Assembly: GCA_017620235.1 (NCBI GenBank)
Contig: JAFZQT010000033.1
Location: 42,114 to 106,113, forward strand
Reading direction: 5' to 3'
Length of the DNA: 64,000 bases
DNA from: Butyrivibrio sp.
GTDB lineage: Bacteria > Bacillota > Clostridia > Lachnospirales > Lachnospiraceae
The translations under genes were made by a program, and so were the position numbers. The first letter of the stretch is position 1; the number at the start of each line of letters is the position of its first letter. Positions 18,787-27,621 of the stretch are shown here, piece after piece. A model generated the notes under the pieces. That model had not been told where the DNA came from. It did no database searches and worked only from the letters and a program-made list of their open reading frames with translations.

Positions 18787-18840
18787 AGGGGCTTATTAGC
18801 ATAAAAAGTGAAGATGCTAGTGGGCCCTTAATTTATTTAT
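18787..18840 (+). terminator. Probable terminator after mnmA
   Basis: GGGCTTATTAGCAT ... ATGCTAGTGGGCCC stem (G-U pairs) followed by an AT-rich/T tail. Confidence 0.5.
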
Positions 18841-18889
18841 ATGCTGTGTCAATATTTAATTGACACAGCATTTTGTTAAGAGGTATAAT
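18841..18889 (+). promoter_or_regulatory. Consensus sigma-A promoter overlapped by a 13-bp-arm palindrome
   Basis: ATGCTGTGTCAAT-ATTTA-ATTGACACAGCAT (18841-18871) contains TTGACA (18860-18865). TATAAT lies at 18884-18889 (18-bp spacer). Confidence 0.75.
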
Positions 18890-18920
18890 CGAGTCGTTGT
18901 TTTGGGGACAGGAGACTATT

Positions 18921-19214
18921 ATGATTTCAAATTTGGACGAAGCTTTGCAGAAAATAAGAGAGCTTGAAAAAGAAAATGCCAATCTAAAAGCAGAACTTGA
19001 GGAATTCAAAGGGAAAAAGTTTGCTGGAAGGCAGAAGCACGATAAAAATTGGATGGAATCATACAATGATTTTGCTTTGAAATTTGAAAACGGTAAGACA
19101 ATTATGGAAATAGTTTCAGAAGGAAGAATTAGCAGAAGGACAGCATATCGCTATAAGGCTTATTATGATGAGCTTAATAAGTTAGAGAATAAGGAGAACT
19201 CTATGCATAAGTAA
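18921..19214 (+). CDS. Small coiled-coil plus Hin/resolvase-type HTH DNA-binding protein
   Basis: AGGAG RBS; heptad region LDEALQKIRELEKENANLKAELEE, then GRQK arm and ISRRTAYRY recognition helix. No recombinase catalytic domain. Confidence 0.7.
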   Translation: MISNLDEALQKIRELEKENANLKAELEEFKGKKFAGRQKHDKNWMESYNDFALKFENGKTIMEIVSEGRISRRTAYRYKAYYDELNKLENKENSMHK

Positions 19215-19233
19215 TTTGTGTAGTGAAAGTTGT

Positions 19234-19788
19234 ATGAAAATAGAAAATAATTCAAGAAATGTATCAATTATTAAAGACCCATTTGGCAATAATGTGGTAA
19301 TGATAAATGATATAGTCTTCCGTGGAAAGCGTGGAATAAAATGGAGTGATGTTGAAGAATACTTGCGCCAATATGTAGGGGAGTTTTATACAATAGCTGA
19401 GACTAATGAAATAGTTTATATCGGGACGGATCTTCCTGATGAATATGCTCATTCTGAGTATACGCATATTTTAAAAGGTGCAAATGAAAAAGCTAAAGCA
19501 AACGCGGCACAAGGATTACCTGAACTTATAATTACAGCAACCAATATGGAATATACAAAGAATTCTAAGTCAAAACATAAGAAAGATGCTATGTTTGGCT
19601 GGTATAAATACGAATCACGATTTGCTTTACCTGTATTTGATGATAATGGAGAAATAAAACGATATAATGTGTTTCATGTGGCAATGATTTTGAGACATGC
19701 TAAAGATGGTAAGAAGTATTTATATGATATTATGAATATAAAAAAAGAAACGAGCGACCTTTTCCAGTCCGAAGACTATACTCAGTAA
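19234..19788 (+). CDS. Hypothetical protein resembling LPD3 / BECR-fold putative RNase domains
   Basis: AKANAAQGLPELI, HKKDA..GWYKYESRFALP and C-terminal IxRH..DGKKYLYDI..IKKE pattern. Recognised from memory, not by search. AT-rich. Start codon uncertain (19216 TTG or 19234 ATG). Confidence 0.55.
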   Translation: MKIENNSRNVSIIKDPFGNNVVMINDIVFRGKRGIKWSDVEEYLRQYVGEFYTIAETNEIVYIGTDLPDEYAHSEYTHILKGANEKAKANAAQGLPELIITATNMEYTKNSKSKHKKDAMFGWYKYESRFALPVFDDNGEIKRYNVFHVAMILRHAKDGKKYLYDIMNIKKETSDLFQSEDYTQ

Positions 19789-19802
19789 AAAACCCATTTC
19801 TT
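19740..19802 (-). ncRNA. Predicted ~63-nt cis-antisense small RNA
   Basis: Lies directly downstream of a minus-strand promoter. Folds with an 11-bp terminal stem, an AGUC-UUCG-GACU apical hairpin and a 3' U-run. Confidence 0.5.
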
Positions 19803-19809
19803 AACTAAT

Positions 19810-19838
19810 ATACTATAGCCACATTATTGCATTGTCAA
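19810..19838 (-). promoter_or_regulatory. Antisense sigma-A promoter firing into the 3' end of the 19234-19788 gene
   Basis: Minus strand reads TTGACA (19838-19833), 17 bp, TAGTAT (19815-19810). Confidence 0.6.
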
Positions 19839-19874
19839 TGGTGAAAATCTAGAACATAGTTAAATACAAGTAGT

Positions 19875-19913
19875 AAAAAAAGGACTGTACTCTGAGTTTA
19901 GAGTACAGTCCTT
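19875..19913 (-). terminator. Intrinsic terminator of the uxaC-LacI transcript
   Basis: AAGGACTGTACTCT / AGAGTACAGTCCTT inverted repeat with an A-run on the + strand (U-tail on the minus strand). Confidence 0.8.
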
Positions 19914-19918
19914 GTAGT

Positions 19919-20941
19919 TTAGAAGTTTGTGGAGCCTCTCTTGATGAGTTCGCCTGAGAAGATTGTCTTCTGGGGCATTTCATTTTGGCTGAGAGTTCCT
20001 ATAAGTGTTTTAACAAGCTGGATGCACATATCTTCAAGGCGATTGTCGATAGAAGATATGTTAGGCTCCGAACAGTGTGCAAGGATTGAATTATTATATC
20101 CTACAATCTGAAGTTCATTCGGAACATCAATTTTGTTTGCTTTTGCAAAGTTCATAGCACCGATGGCAAGGAAATCCTCACTTGTGATTATTCCGTCAAA
20201 TTTAAGCCCTTCTTTGTAGAGTGTGTCGACAAAGTCTCTTACTCCGTCGATATCCTCACGACTTCCTGAGAAGCACTGCTGATATTCCTTTTTGAGAGGA
20301 ATGTCGTGTGTAACAAGTGCATTCTGGAATCCGGCGAGCTTTTTGAGTCCGGAATATGTAGTGCTGTTGTAGAGATATAAAATATTTTTCATTCCTGCAT
20401 CAAGCATACATTCTGTAGCATCCTGAGTTGCCTTGTAGTCATCGCAGAGTGTGCAATATACATTTGGGCAATCAAAGTCTGCATTAAGAAGCATGATGGG
20501 CACTGAAGCAGCGCCTTCAACAACATATTTGTTGTCCTCAGCATTGTTCATGATGAAGTTAGAACCGACCATTATTACGCTGTCTACATGCTGAGAGAGC
20601 AGGAGATTAAGGCATTTTTTACGGGAAGGAATCTCGTAGCCCGTACAGCACAATACTGAATTGTAACCGCTTTCTCGCAGGTTCTGCTCAATGTAGTAAA
20701 TTGCCTTTGCAAGATACAGATCGGATGCATCGGCGCAAAGAATACCAACGGTCTTCATGGAATTGAGACCGAGTCCTCTTGCAAATGCATTTGGTTTGTA
20801 TCCGCATTGTTCAATTATATCCAGTACCTTTTTGCGGGTGCGGGGTTTAACGTTAGAGCTTCCGTTAAGTACACGGGAGACAGTAGCGATTGAAACACCG
20901 GCTTTTTTGGATATGTCGTAAATAGTCATTTGGTTGCTCAT
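19919..20941 (-). CDS. LacI-family transcriptional regulator (hexuronate locus)
   Basis: TIYDISKKAGVSIATVSRVLN HTH, YKPNAFARGL hinge, ELIKRGST end. Confidence 0.92.
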   Translation of the reverse strand: MSNQMTIYDISKKAGVSIATVSRVLNGSSNVKPRTRKKVLDIIEQCGYKPNAFARGLGLNSMKTVGILCADASDLYLAKAIYYIEQNLRESGYNSVLCCTGYEIPSRKKCLNLLLSQHVDSVIMVGSNFIMNNAEDNKYVVEGAASVPIMLLNADFDCPNVYCTLCDDYKATQDATECMLDAGMKNILYLYNSTTYSGLKKLAGFQNALVTHDIPLKKEYQQCFSGSREDIDGVRDFVDTLYKEGLKFDGIITSEDFLAIGAMNFAKANKIDVPNELQIVGYNNSILAHCSEPNISSIDNRLEDMCIQLVKTLIGTLSQNEMPQKTIFSGELIKRGSTNF

Positions 20942-20943
20942 AC

Positions 20944-22362
20944 TTATCTCGTTTCTAAAGGAAATTTGAAGTATCTAACTGCATTGTTATATGAAATATC
21001 AGCTGCGATCTGTCCAAGTGTATCAAGACATTCTGCAGGATATTCACCGTTCTCAACAAGTGATCCAAGGAAGTTGCAAAGTATTCTGCGGAAGTACTCG
21101 TGTCTTGTGTAAGAAGTGAAGCTTCTTGAGTCTGTGAGCATTCCTACGAAACCTGAAAGGTTACTTGACTCTGCAACAGCCTTTAAGTGCTGTTCCATAC
21201 CGAGCTTTGTATCATTGAACCACCATGCGCTTCCCTGCTGGATCTTAGCTACTGTAGGAGCCTGGTTGAAGCAGTTGAGCATAGTGTTGATGATCATAAG
21301 GTCGTTAGGGTTAAGGCTGTAAATGATTGTCTTGGGAAGAGCATCCTTTGAGTTAAGTGCATCAAGGAAGTCTGCAAGCTCGCCCATAGGATAGTAAGCA
21401 TCGATAGCATCAAATCCTGTGTCGGGACCAATCTTTTCAAACATAGCCTTGTTGTTGTCACGCTTGCATCCGAAGTGGAGCTGGATAACCCAATCTCTCT
21501 TTGCACATTCTTCACCCTCGAAGAGCATGAATGCTGTCTGGTACTGAAGGTACTCTTCGTAAGTAACTTCTTCGCCGTTCATCTTCTTAGCGAAGATCTC
21601 CTCGATCTTTTCATCTGAAACAGGCTTGTACATAACGTACTCAAGAGCGAAGTCTGCTACGTTACATCCCTTCTGCTCGAAGTAATCGTGTCTTACCTTG
21701 AGAGCTTCTTTAAGATCTTTGAATGAATTGATCTTAACACCGCTTACTTCAGCAAGCTGCTTGATGTATGAAGCAAACTCAGGCTTGATGATGTTCTTAG
21801 CCTTGTCAGGACGCCAAGCGGGAAGAACCTTAACATCGAATGATTCATCTGCTTTAATCATATCATGCCATTCAAGTGTATCAACAGGATCGTCTGTTGT
21901 ACAGATGAGTGTTACATTTGACATCTTGATGAGCTTTCTTGCGCCCATGTCGGGAGCCTGAAGCACCTTATTGCAGATATCGTAAACTTCCTCAGCTGTG
22001 CTCTCGTTGAGAACTCCGTCATAACCGAAGTATTTCTTGAGCTCAAGATGTGCCCAGTGGAAGATGGGGTGTCCTACTGATTTGCCAAGGCATTTTGCAA
22101 AAGCAAGGAATTTTTCTTTATCAGAAGCATCGCCTGTGATGTACTTTTCTTCGATGCCAAAAGATCTCATGAGACGCCATTTGTAGTGGTCTCCGCCGAG
22201 CCAAACCTGAGTGATGTTCTCGAAGTGCTTGTCTTCAGCGATTTCTCTGGGATTGATATGGCAGTGATAGTCAAGTACAGGAACTTTTGCTGCGTAATCG
22301 TGGTAAAGAGTCTTAGCTGTTTCGCTCTGTAAGAGGAAATCTTTGTCCATAAATTTCTTCAT
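20944..22362 (-). CDS. uxaC: Glucuronate/uronate isomerase
   Basis: DYHCH, WLGGDHYKWRLMR, CTTDDP, GPDTGFD, WWFND, GMLTDSRSF.SY.RHEYFRRILC. Confidence 0.96.
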   Translation of the reverse strand: MKKFMDKDFLLQSETAKTLYHDYAAKVPVLDYHCHINPREIAEDKHFENITQVWLGGDHYKWRLMRSFGIEEKYITGDASDKEKFLAFAKCLGKSVGHPIFHWAHLELKKYFGYDGVLNESTAEEVYDICNKVLQAPDMGARKLIKMSNVTLICTTDDPVDTLEWHDMIKADESFDVKVLPAWRPDKAKNIIKPEFASYIKQLAEVSGVKINSFKDLKEALKVRHDYFEQKGCNVADFALEYVMYKPVSDEKIEEIFAKKMNGEEVTYEEYLQYQTAFMLFEGEECAKRDWVIQLHFGCKRDNNKAMFEKIGPDTGFDAIDAYYPMGELADFLDALNSKDALPKTIIYSLNPNDLMIINTMLNCFNQAPTVAKIQQGSAWWFNDTKLGMEQHLKAVAESSNLSGFVGMLTDSRSFTSYTRHEYFRRILCNFLGSLVENGEYPAECLDTLGQIAADISYNNAVRYFKFPLETR

Positions 22363-22413
22363 TAAAAATACTACCCTCCATTTACTAAACGTTAATCAAT
22401 ATTTACATAAAAT

Positions 22414-22429
22414 ATGTAAGCATTTTCAT
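22414..22429. promoter_or_regulatory. LacI-type operator copy 1 (uxaC side)
   Basis: ATGTAAGCATTTTCAT; its exact reverse complement occurs at 22518-22533. Confidence 0.65.
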
Positions 22430-22517
22430 ATTTTTCAAAAGTATTATACAAGAGCCGTATATTAAATACAATAGCAAAAATTCGTTGACGAGTTCTTATA
22501 ATAAATATATGATAAAA

Positions 22518-22533
22518 ATGAAAATGCTTACAT
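22518..22533. promoter_or_regulatory. LacI-type operator copy 2 (uxaA side)
   Basis: ATGAAAATGCTTACAT, just downstream of a TTGACG...TATGAT promoter-like sequence. Confidence 0.65.
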
Positions 22534-22561
22534 TTTCTTATGAGTACAAAAGAGGTAGTAA

Positions 22562-24064
22562 ATGAGCAAGTATTTAAAGATCAATCGGAGGGATAATGTC
22601 GTTGTTTGCCTTGTGCCTTTAAAGGCGGGGGATGAGATCAGGTTGGAGGACGGATCTGTTATCAAGGCGCTCGATGATATTCCTTCAGGACACAAGATGT
22701 CTGTCAGTACCATCAAAAAGGATTGTGAAGTTATCAAGTACGGCTATCCGATAGGCATGGTTACTGAGGATGTTGAACCCGGAAGATGGATTCATACACA
22801 TAACACAAAGACTAAGTTGAGCGGTATTCTTGAATATGAATACACGCCGGATGAAGACGATATTTCCGAAAAGTTAAGAGAGATGGGGAAAGACACGGGC
22901 TCTTTTAACGGATATGTGAGAAAAAACGGAAAAGTCGGTATCAGAAACGAGATATGGATAATCCCTACTGTAGGATGCGTCAATAATATCGCGACCGCTC
23001 TTGCAAAAGAGGGAAATCACATGATAAAGGGAAGCATCGATGAAGTCGTTGCTTTTACTCATAACTACGGATGCTCGCAGACGGGCGACGATCAGGAGTA
23101 CACAAGGACAATATTGGCAGATCTTATCAATCATCCAAATGCCGGCGGAGTTCTTGTTGTAGGGCTTGGTTGCGAGAACAGCAATATAGATGTGTTAAAG
23201 CCTTACCTTGGCGATTATGATGAAAAGAGAGTTAAGTTCCTTGTTTGTCAGGAATCCGATGATGAGATGGAAGAGGGAACAAAGCTTCTTGAGGAACTGA
23301 TCGACGTTGCATCGGGAGACAGGCGTGAAAAAGTAAGCACTTCCAAACTTGTTATAGGACTTAAGTGCGGAGGAAGTGATGGCTTTTCGGGAATCACCGC
23401 AAACCCTCTCGTTGGGCTTATTTCAGATAAAATTGTCAGACAGGGCGGAACATCGATACTTACAGAAGTTCCCGAGATGTTTGGAGCTGAGACAATCCTT
23501 ATGAACAGATGTAAGGATGAAAAGACATTTAACGACACCGTTAATATGATAAATGGCTTTAAAGAGTATTTCACAAAGCTCGGTGAACCAATCTACGAGA
23601 ATCCTTCACCCGGAAACAAAAAGGGTGGAATCACAACTCTCGAAGATAAATCGCTAGGCTGCACTCAGAAGTCAGGAAGTTTCCCTGTTATGAATGTACT
23701 TAATTACGGCGATACCACAGATGTTGCGGGACTTAACCTTCTATGTGCGCCCGGAAACGATCTCTGTGCCGCTACAGCACTTGCTGCAGCCGGTGCCCAG
23801 ATAGTTCTTTTCACAACAGGAAGAGGAACACCGTTTGCCTGTCCCGTGCCAACCCTAAAAATTTCAAGCAATAACACTATCAGGGACAAGAAAACCAACT
23901 GGATTGATTTTTCCGCAGGTGATGCCATTCACGGACGAAGCTTTGATGAGCTCGCAGATGAACTTTACGACCTCATCCTTATCGCAGCTTCCGGCGAAAA
24001 GCTTAAAAGTGAAATCGCCGGCTTCCACGATATGGCGATCTGGAAACGCGGCGTAACTTTGTAA
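22562..24064 (+). CDS. uxaA: Altronate dehydratase
   Basis: SAF domain (DNVVV, GHK, KYG, HTHN), GIRNEIWIIPTVGCVN, KCGGSDGFSG, FTTGRGTP. Confidence 0.94.
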   Translation: MSKYLKINRRDNVVVCLVPLKAGDEIRLEDGSVIKALDDIPSGHKMSVSTIKKDCEVIKYGYPIGMVTEDVEPGRWIHTHNTKTKLSGILEYEYTPDEDDISEKLREMGKDTGSFNGYVRKNGKVGIRNEIWIIPTVGCVNNIATALAKEGNHMIKGSIDEVVAFTHNYGCSQTGDDQEYTRTILADLINHPNAGGVLVVGLGCENSNIDVLKPYLGDYDEKRVKFLVCQESDDEMEEGTKLLEELIDVASGDRREKVSTSKLVIGLKCGGSDGFSGITANPLVGLISDKIVRQGGTSILTEVPEMFGAETILMNRCKDEKTFNDTVNMINGFKEYFTKLGEPIYENPSPGNKKGGITTLEDKSLGCTQKSGSFPVMNVLNYGDTTDVAGLNLLCAPGNDLCAATALAAAGAQIVLFTTGRGTPFACPVPTLKISSNNTIRDKKTNWIDFSAGDAIHGRSFDELADELYDLILIAASGEKLKSEIAGFHDMAIWKRGVTL

Positions 24065-24068
24065 AGAT

Positions 24069-24102
24069 AAAATGCTTAACATGCATGCATGTTAAGCATT
24101 TT
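24069..24102. terminator. Perfect 34-bp palindrome between convergent genes (likely bidirectional terminator)
   Basis: AAAATGCTTAACATGCATGCATGTTAAGCATTTT is its own reverse complement. Confidence 0.6.
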
Positions 24103-24120
24103 GAACTTTTGACACTTATA

Positions 24121-26231
24121 TCATTTGTATAGATACTGAATTTGGTCTGTGAGTTCGTGAGGAACTTCCAGACCTTCTTTTTTGAGTCTGAATTCGAGGT
24201 TCTGTAAGGGCTTGGCGACGTTTGCGTTGTGTGCCATGTAGTGATTTATGAGCTCCTTGTACTGGGGATTGTCATAAACGGCGTCGCGGTACTCCTTTGC
24301 AAAAGGACAAGAGTTGAAGAGGATCTCGCGGGCAACTCTGTTGAGTCTGAGCGAGCCTGTTGCCTCGTACTTGAGGTAGGATAGGTAATCGCCAATAAAA
24401 ATGTTCTTGTAATTGTTGTTGTATTTCTTGAGGTCGAGGCGCAGTTTGTCTTTCTGTTCCGTAGAGAGCGTCTGGTTCTTTTTAAAGAACTGGAGATAGT
24501 CGCAGTACATGGAAGTAAGGGACGGATCTGTCACATCGTTCCAGTGTACGCCCTGTTCGGTTTTGCACATTTCCCATCTGAATTCGCCAAGGAGCTTGAT
24601 CATGCAGTCCTCGGTATTTTCAAGATTAAAGATGGAGATGAGCATTCTGCCCTTTGTATTTCTTTTTTGCCCTCAATTTCCTGCCATAAAGTTGCCCTGG
24701 TTCCGGCATTTGGCATAAGAATGATATAAGGCTCGACTTCTTCTGCGTAGTAGACCTGCGTGATTCCGATATCGGTGTTTGAGTACACGGCCTGCCTGCA
24801 GAATACGCCAAAGTCAATGCTCTTTATTTTTTCGATATGTTCTTTGATCTTAGGTGCTGTCATGTACGCTAGATCGAGCGGCCTGAGCACGTTCATTGCA
24901 TCAAACACGGGAACGAATACGGAGATTCTTCCGAAAGTCATCCTGTTTCCGAGTGAAAAGAGATTATGAATCTCGAAATCAAGCCTGCTGTCAGGATTGC
25001 CTATCATGGCGTCAATCTGTTCCTGTTTAAGAACTCCCGTAGCTTTCTGTTCGCGAAGATATGTTTCCCAGTCTTGATCAAATTCGTTTCGTGAGGGCTC
25101 GGCCTCGAGTTTGTAGACTTTTTTGAGCCACTCAGAAAGAAGAAGGACATTTCCTTCTGGATCAGGAACATAGGATCTTGCGATGTTGCAGAGGATAGAA
25201 GTGTTCTTATCACCTGCGAGCTCTTCATCGACAAAGCCGAACATAAGAAACATCTTGATCTCTATAGGCAGGTCATCGTCGTTAAGGCTTTTTAAGAATA
25301 CTTTTTTGTATATCTTATAAAAAGACGACGAGATGTTTTTTCTGAGGAGTCTGGCTTCATCTGAAGTGTCGTAGCGGGTTTCGCTTGCCTTGAATTTGGC
25401 GATATCTTCCTGGAATTTTGATGAAAGCTCTGCATCTACACCTGAATACGTGAGGATTGCAGCGAGAGCGTTGGTTATTACAGGAGCGCCGTCACCGCCC
25501 GATGCAGCGTTTTCGTTATTCTCAATTTTTGAATTTATGAACTTCATGGTAGTGGTGAAATCAGCTGTGTTTCTGCCGAGCTGCTTCTTGTACGCGGTAA
25601 GGAATTTGATAGATACCGCGATCAGCTTCTGATTCTTTTCTGCGATCATGATCGTTCCGAGAGCAATATCCAAACTTAGAGCGTAAAAGGACTTATTGAG
25701 AACTGCCTCGTGTTCCTTCATGCTCTTGTAATAGCCGTATTCCCAGCTGGATATCATGTTGTTTTTTACAGGTGGAACGATAAGATCGAGCATCTCGAAC
25801 TTCTTGGGAACTTCGCCCGCTTTTATGCACAGTTCGGGATAGTCCGCGTAGTCTGATTTGACTTTTTTATACTCTAAAAGAGCTCTTTCATAGAGTCTTT
25901 CGTATTCATAGAATAATTCGTGTGTTGTAAAGATGGATTGTGAGGCGAGAACCGATGCGATCTTTTCGTTGCATCTGAGCATTGCCAGAATGTCGTCGGT
26001 GCCTTCGTAGTGATATGTGCAAATTGATGAATCTTCTAGAGCTTCGTATGTATATTGATACTCTTTTGTGGGGGATTCAACCAGACCGATTATTCCACCA
26101 ACATTTAAGTCAAATGAAGTGAATTGATCGGTTGCGCGAATTTTTCCTTTTACAAGAATTTCTAAAGTACCTACAGTGTCGGACATCGCTTTATGCAAGA
26201 TCTGTCCTTTGGTTAATGTAACAAGTCCCAT
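24121..26231 (-). pseudogene. Cyclic-nucleotide-binding-domain-like protein split by a 1-nt frameshift
   Basis: N-terminus LTKGQIL...ILVKGKI...GGIIG...YEALEDS resembles a cNMP-binding fold. ORFs 24600-26231 and 24121-24645 join into one ~703-aa frame if one A is added to the A6 run (T6 at 24663-24668). Confidence 0.7.
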
Positions 26232-26353
26232 TAAAAATCTCCCTCAAAGCCGGTCTGAAAGTCATTTAAAACGAAAAGCATGAAAAACATTAAAACTAAG
26301 ATAAATATGAAATTCCACATGTATATGTTAGCACGTTAAAAAAACGTCTGCAA

Positions 26354-27616
26354 TTACATAATGATAGGCGACAAGCTAAATTCGCTGATTCTTTCGCCGT
26401 TGCACAGCAGATTATAAACTTGCGAAGAAGAAAGATTTTCTCTAAAAAGCTGCATAGATAGTGGGCTTAAGAGCTTCTCGGCATCTTTAAGCCTGTTAAT
26501 AACAGGGATTTCAGATTTTTCGCCTATCTCTGCGAGAAGGGGAAAAGAGCTCTTTTTTTGCCCAAGGATCCTGATGAATGAAGTGAAGCCGTCATCCTTG
26601 TACTTTAGCATGTTGTCTGCCTTTATGTCGAGAAGGATGTGCATAAGGCATCTGCTTATGCGGGTGTAGGAGAGGTCCTTTGATTTGAGAATGTCGCAGA
26701 ATCCCTCAAAGGTCTCGTATTTATCGATGTTCTTGCCGATTTTGTTGGAAAGGCTTTCATTTACATCAAGGAAAGCTGTGTAATCGTCTTTGTTCTGCAA
26801 GAGCTTGTAATACAGAAGAGTATTAAGGATATCTTCTTTGACGTATTCGCCGCTTTGGAGTTTTTCGTTTAACAGGTCAAAAGAAGTACCGGGCATTGTA
26901 TTTTTCACAGAATCCGGAAGAGTGAGCTTTCCGTCTGCATTTTTTACAATGCTGTTTCGTATAGCAGTCGCGGAAGAGTAGTCTGTGAGCTCGTTTGAAT
27001 GGTAGTCTTCACCAATTCTTTTTATCATAACAGGGGTAATCTTACTGCCTGACCTTTTAAGTGCGCGCAGATACTCGATTGCGAGAATACTGTTTGGCAA
27101 TGTAAGCGCTTTTTTGATTTCATCTTCTTTGTCAGAATCGCATAGAGCCGGATTAATGGCAGAAAGCTCGGAAAATACTGCGTTTTCACGTGATGAGGCA
27201 TAACTGATCCCGTTTTTTGTATTTTCTTTTATATTGCGTTTAAAAGAATCTGACTCGTTGTTAAGAATGTCTGCAATATCGGAAAGAATATCTACGTTAT
27301 CGGATTCACTTCCAAAGCAAAGATGATCGACAACACCAAGCTTGTTTAAAAGAGAAACTGCACCTGATGCAAAGTACTCGGCGCTTCCGAGACTGTAGTA
27401 GGATGGAAGCTCCAAAACAAGGTCTGCGCCTGAGCTCAGGGCAGATTTTGCTCTTGTGAATTTATCTGTTATTGCGGGTGCTCCGCGTTGCACAAAGTCA
27501 CCGCTCATAACTACTATACAGTAGTCTGCACCGGTTCTTTTTTTACTCTCTTCGATGAGAAATTTATGGCCGTTATGGAACGGATTAAATTCAGCAATGA
27601 TTCCTACAGTTTTCAT
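26354..27616 (-). CDS. tmcAL: tRNA(Met) cytidine acetate ligase (YlbM/HIGH nucleotidyltransferase)
   Basis: GIIAEFNPFHNGH, MSGDFVQRG, FGSE, PNSILAIEY, SATAIR. Confidence 0.9.
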   Translation of the reverse strand: MKTVGIIAEFNPFHNGHKFLIEESKKRTGADYCIVVMSGDFVQRGAPAITDKFTRAKSALSSGADLVLELPSYYSLGSAEYFASGAVSLLNKLGVVDHLCFGSESDNVDILSDIADILNNESDSFKRNIKENTKNGISYASSRENAVFSELSAINPALCDSDKEDEIKKALTLPNSILAIEYLRALKRSGSKITPVMIKRIGEDYHSNELTDYSSATAIRNSIVKNADGKLTLPDSVKNTMPGTSFDLLNEKLQSGEYVKEDILNTLLYYKLLQNKDDYTAFLDVNESLSNKIGKNIDKYETFEGFCDILKSKDLSYTRISRCLMHILLDIKADNMLKYKDDGFTSFIRILGQKKSSFPLLAEIGEKSEIPVINRLKDAEKLLSPLSMQLFRENLSSSQVYNLLCNGERISEFSLSPIIM

Positions 27617-27621
27617 CTTGG

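Noticed and set aside
18921-19214. Resolvase or transposon remnant
   Set aside because: Only the HTH resembles resolvases. There is no serine-recombinase catalytic motif, and I found no terminal repeats or target duplication around the islet.
24663-24668. Canonical programmed -1 ribosomal frameshift (A-AAA-AAG)
   Set aside because: The run is phased AAA-AAA-G in the upstream frame, and I saw no clear stimulatory structure. A simple indel is more parsimonious.
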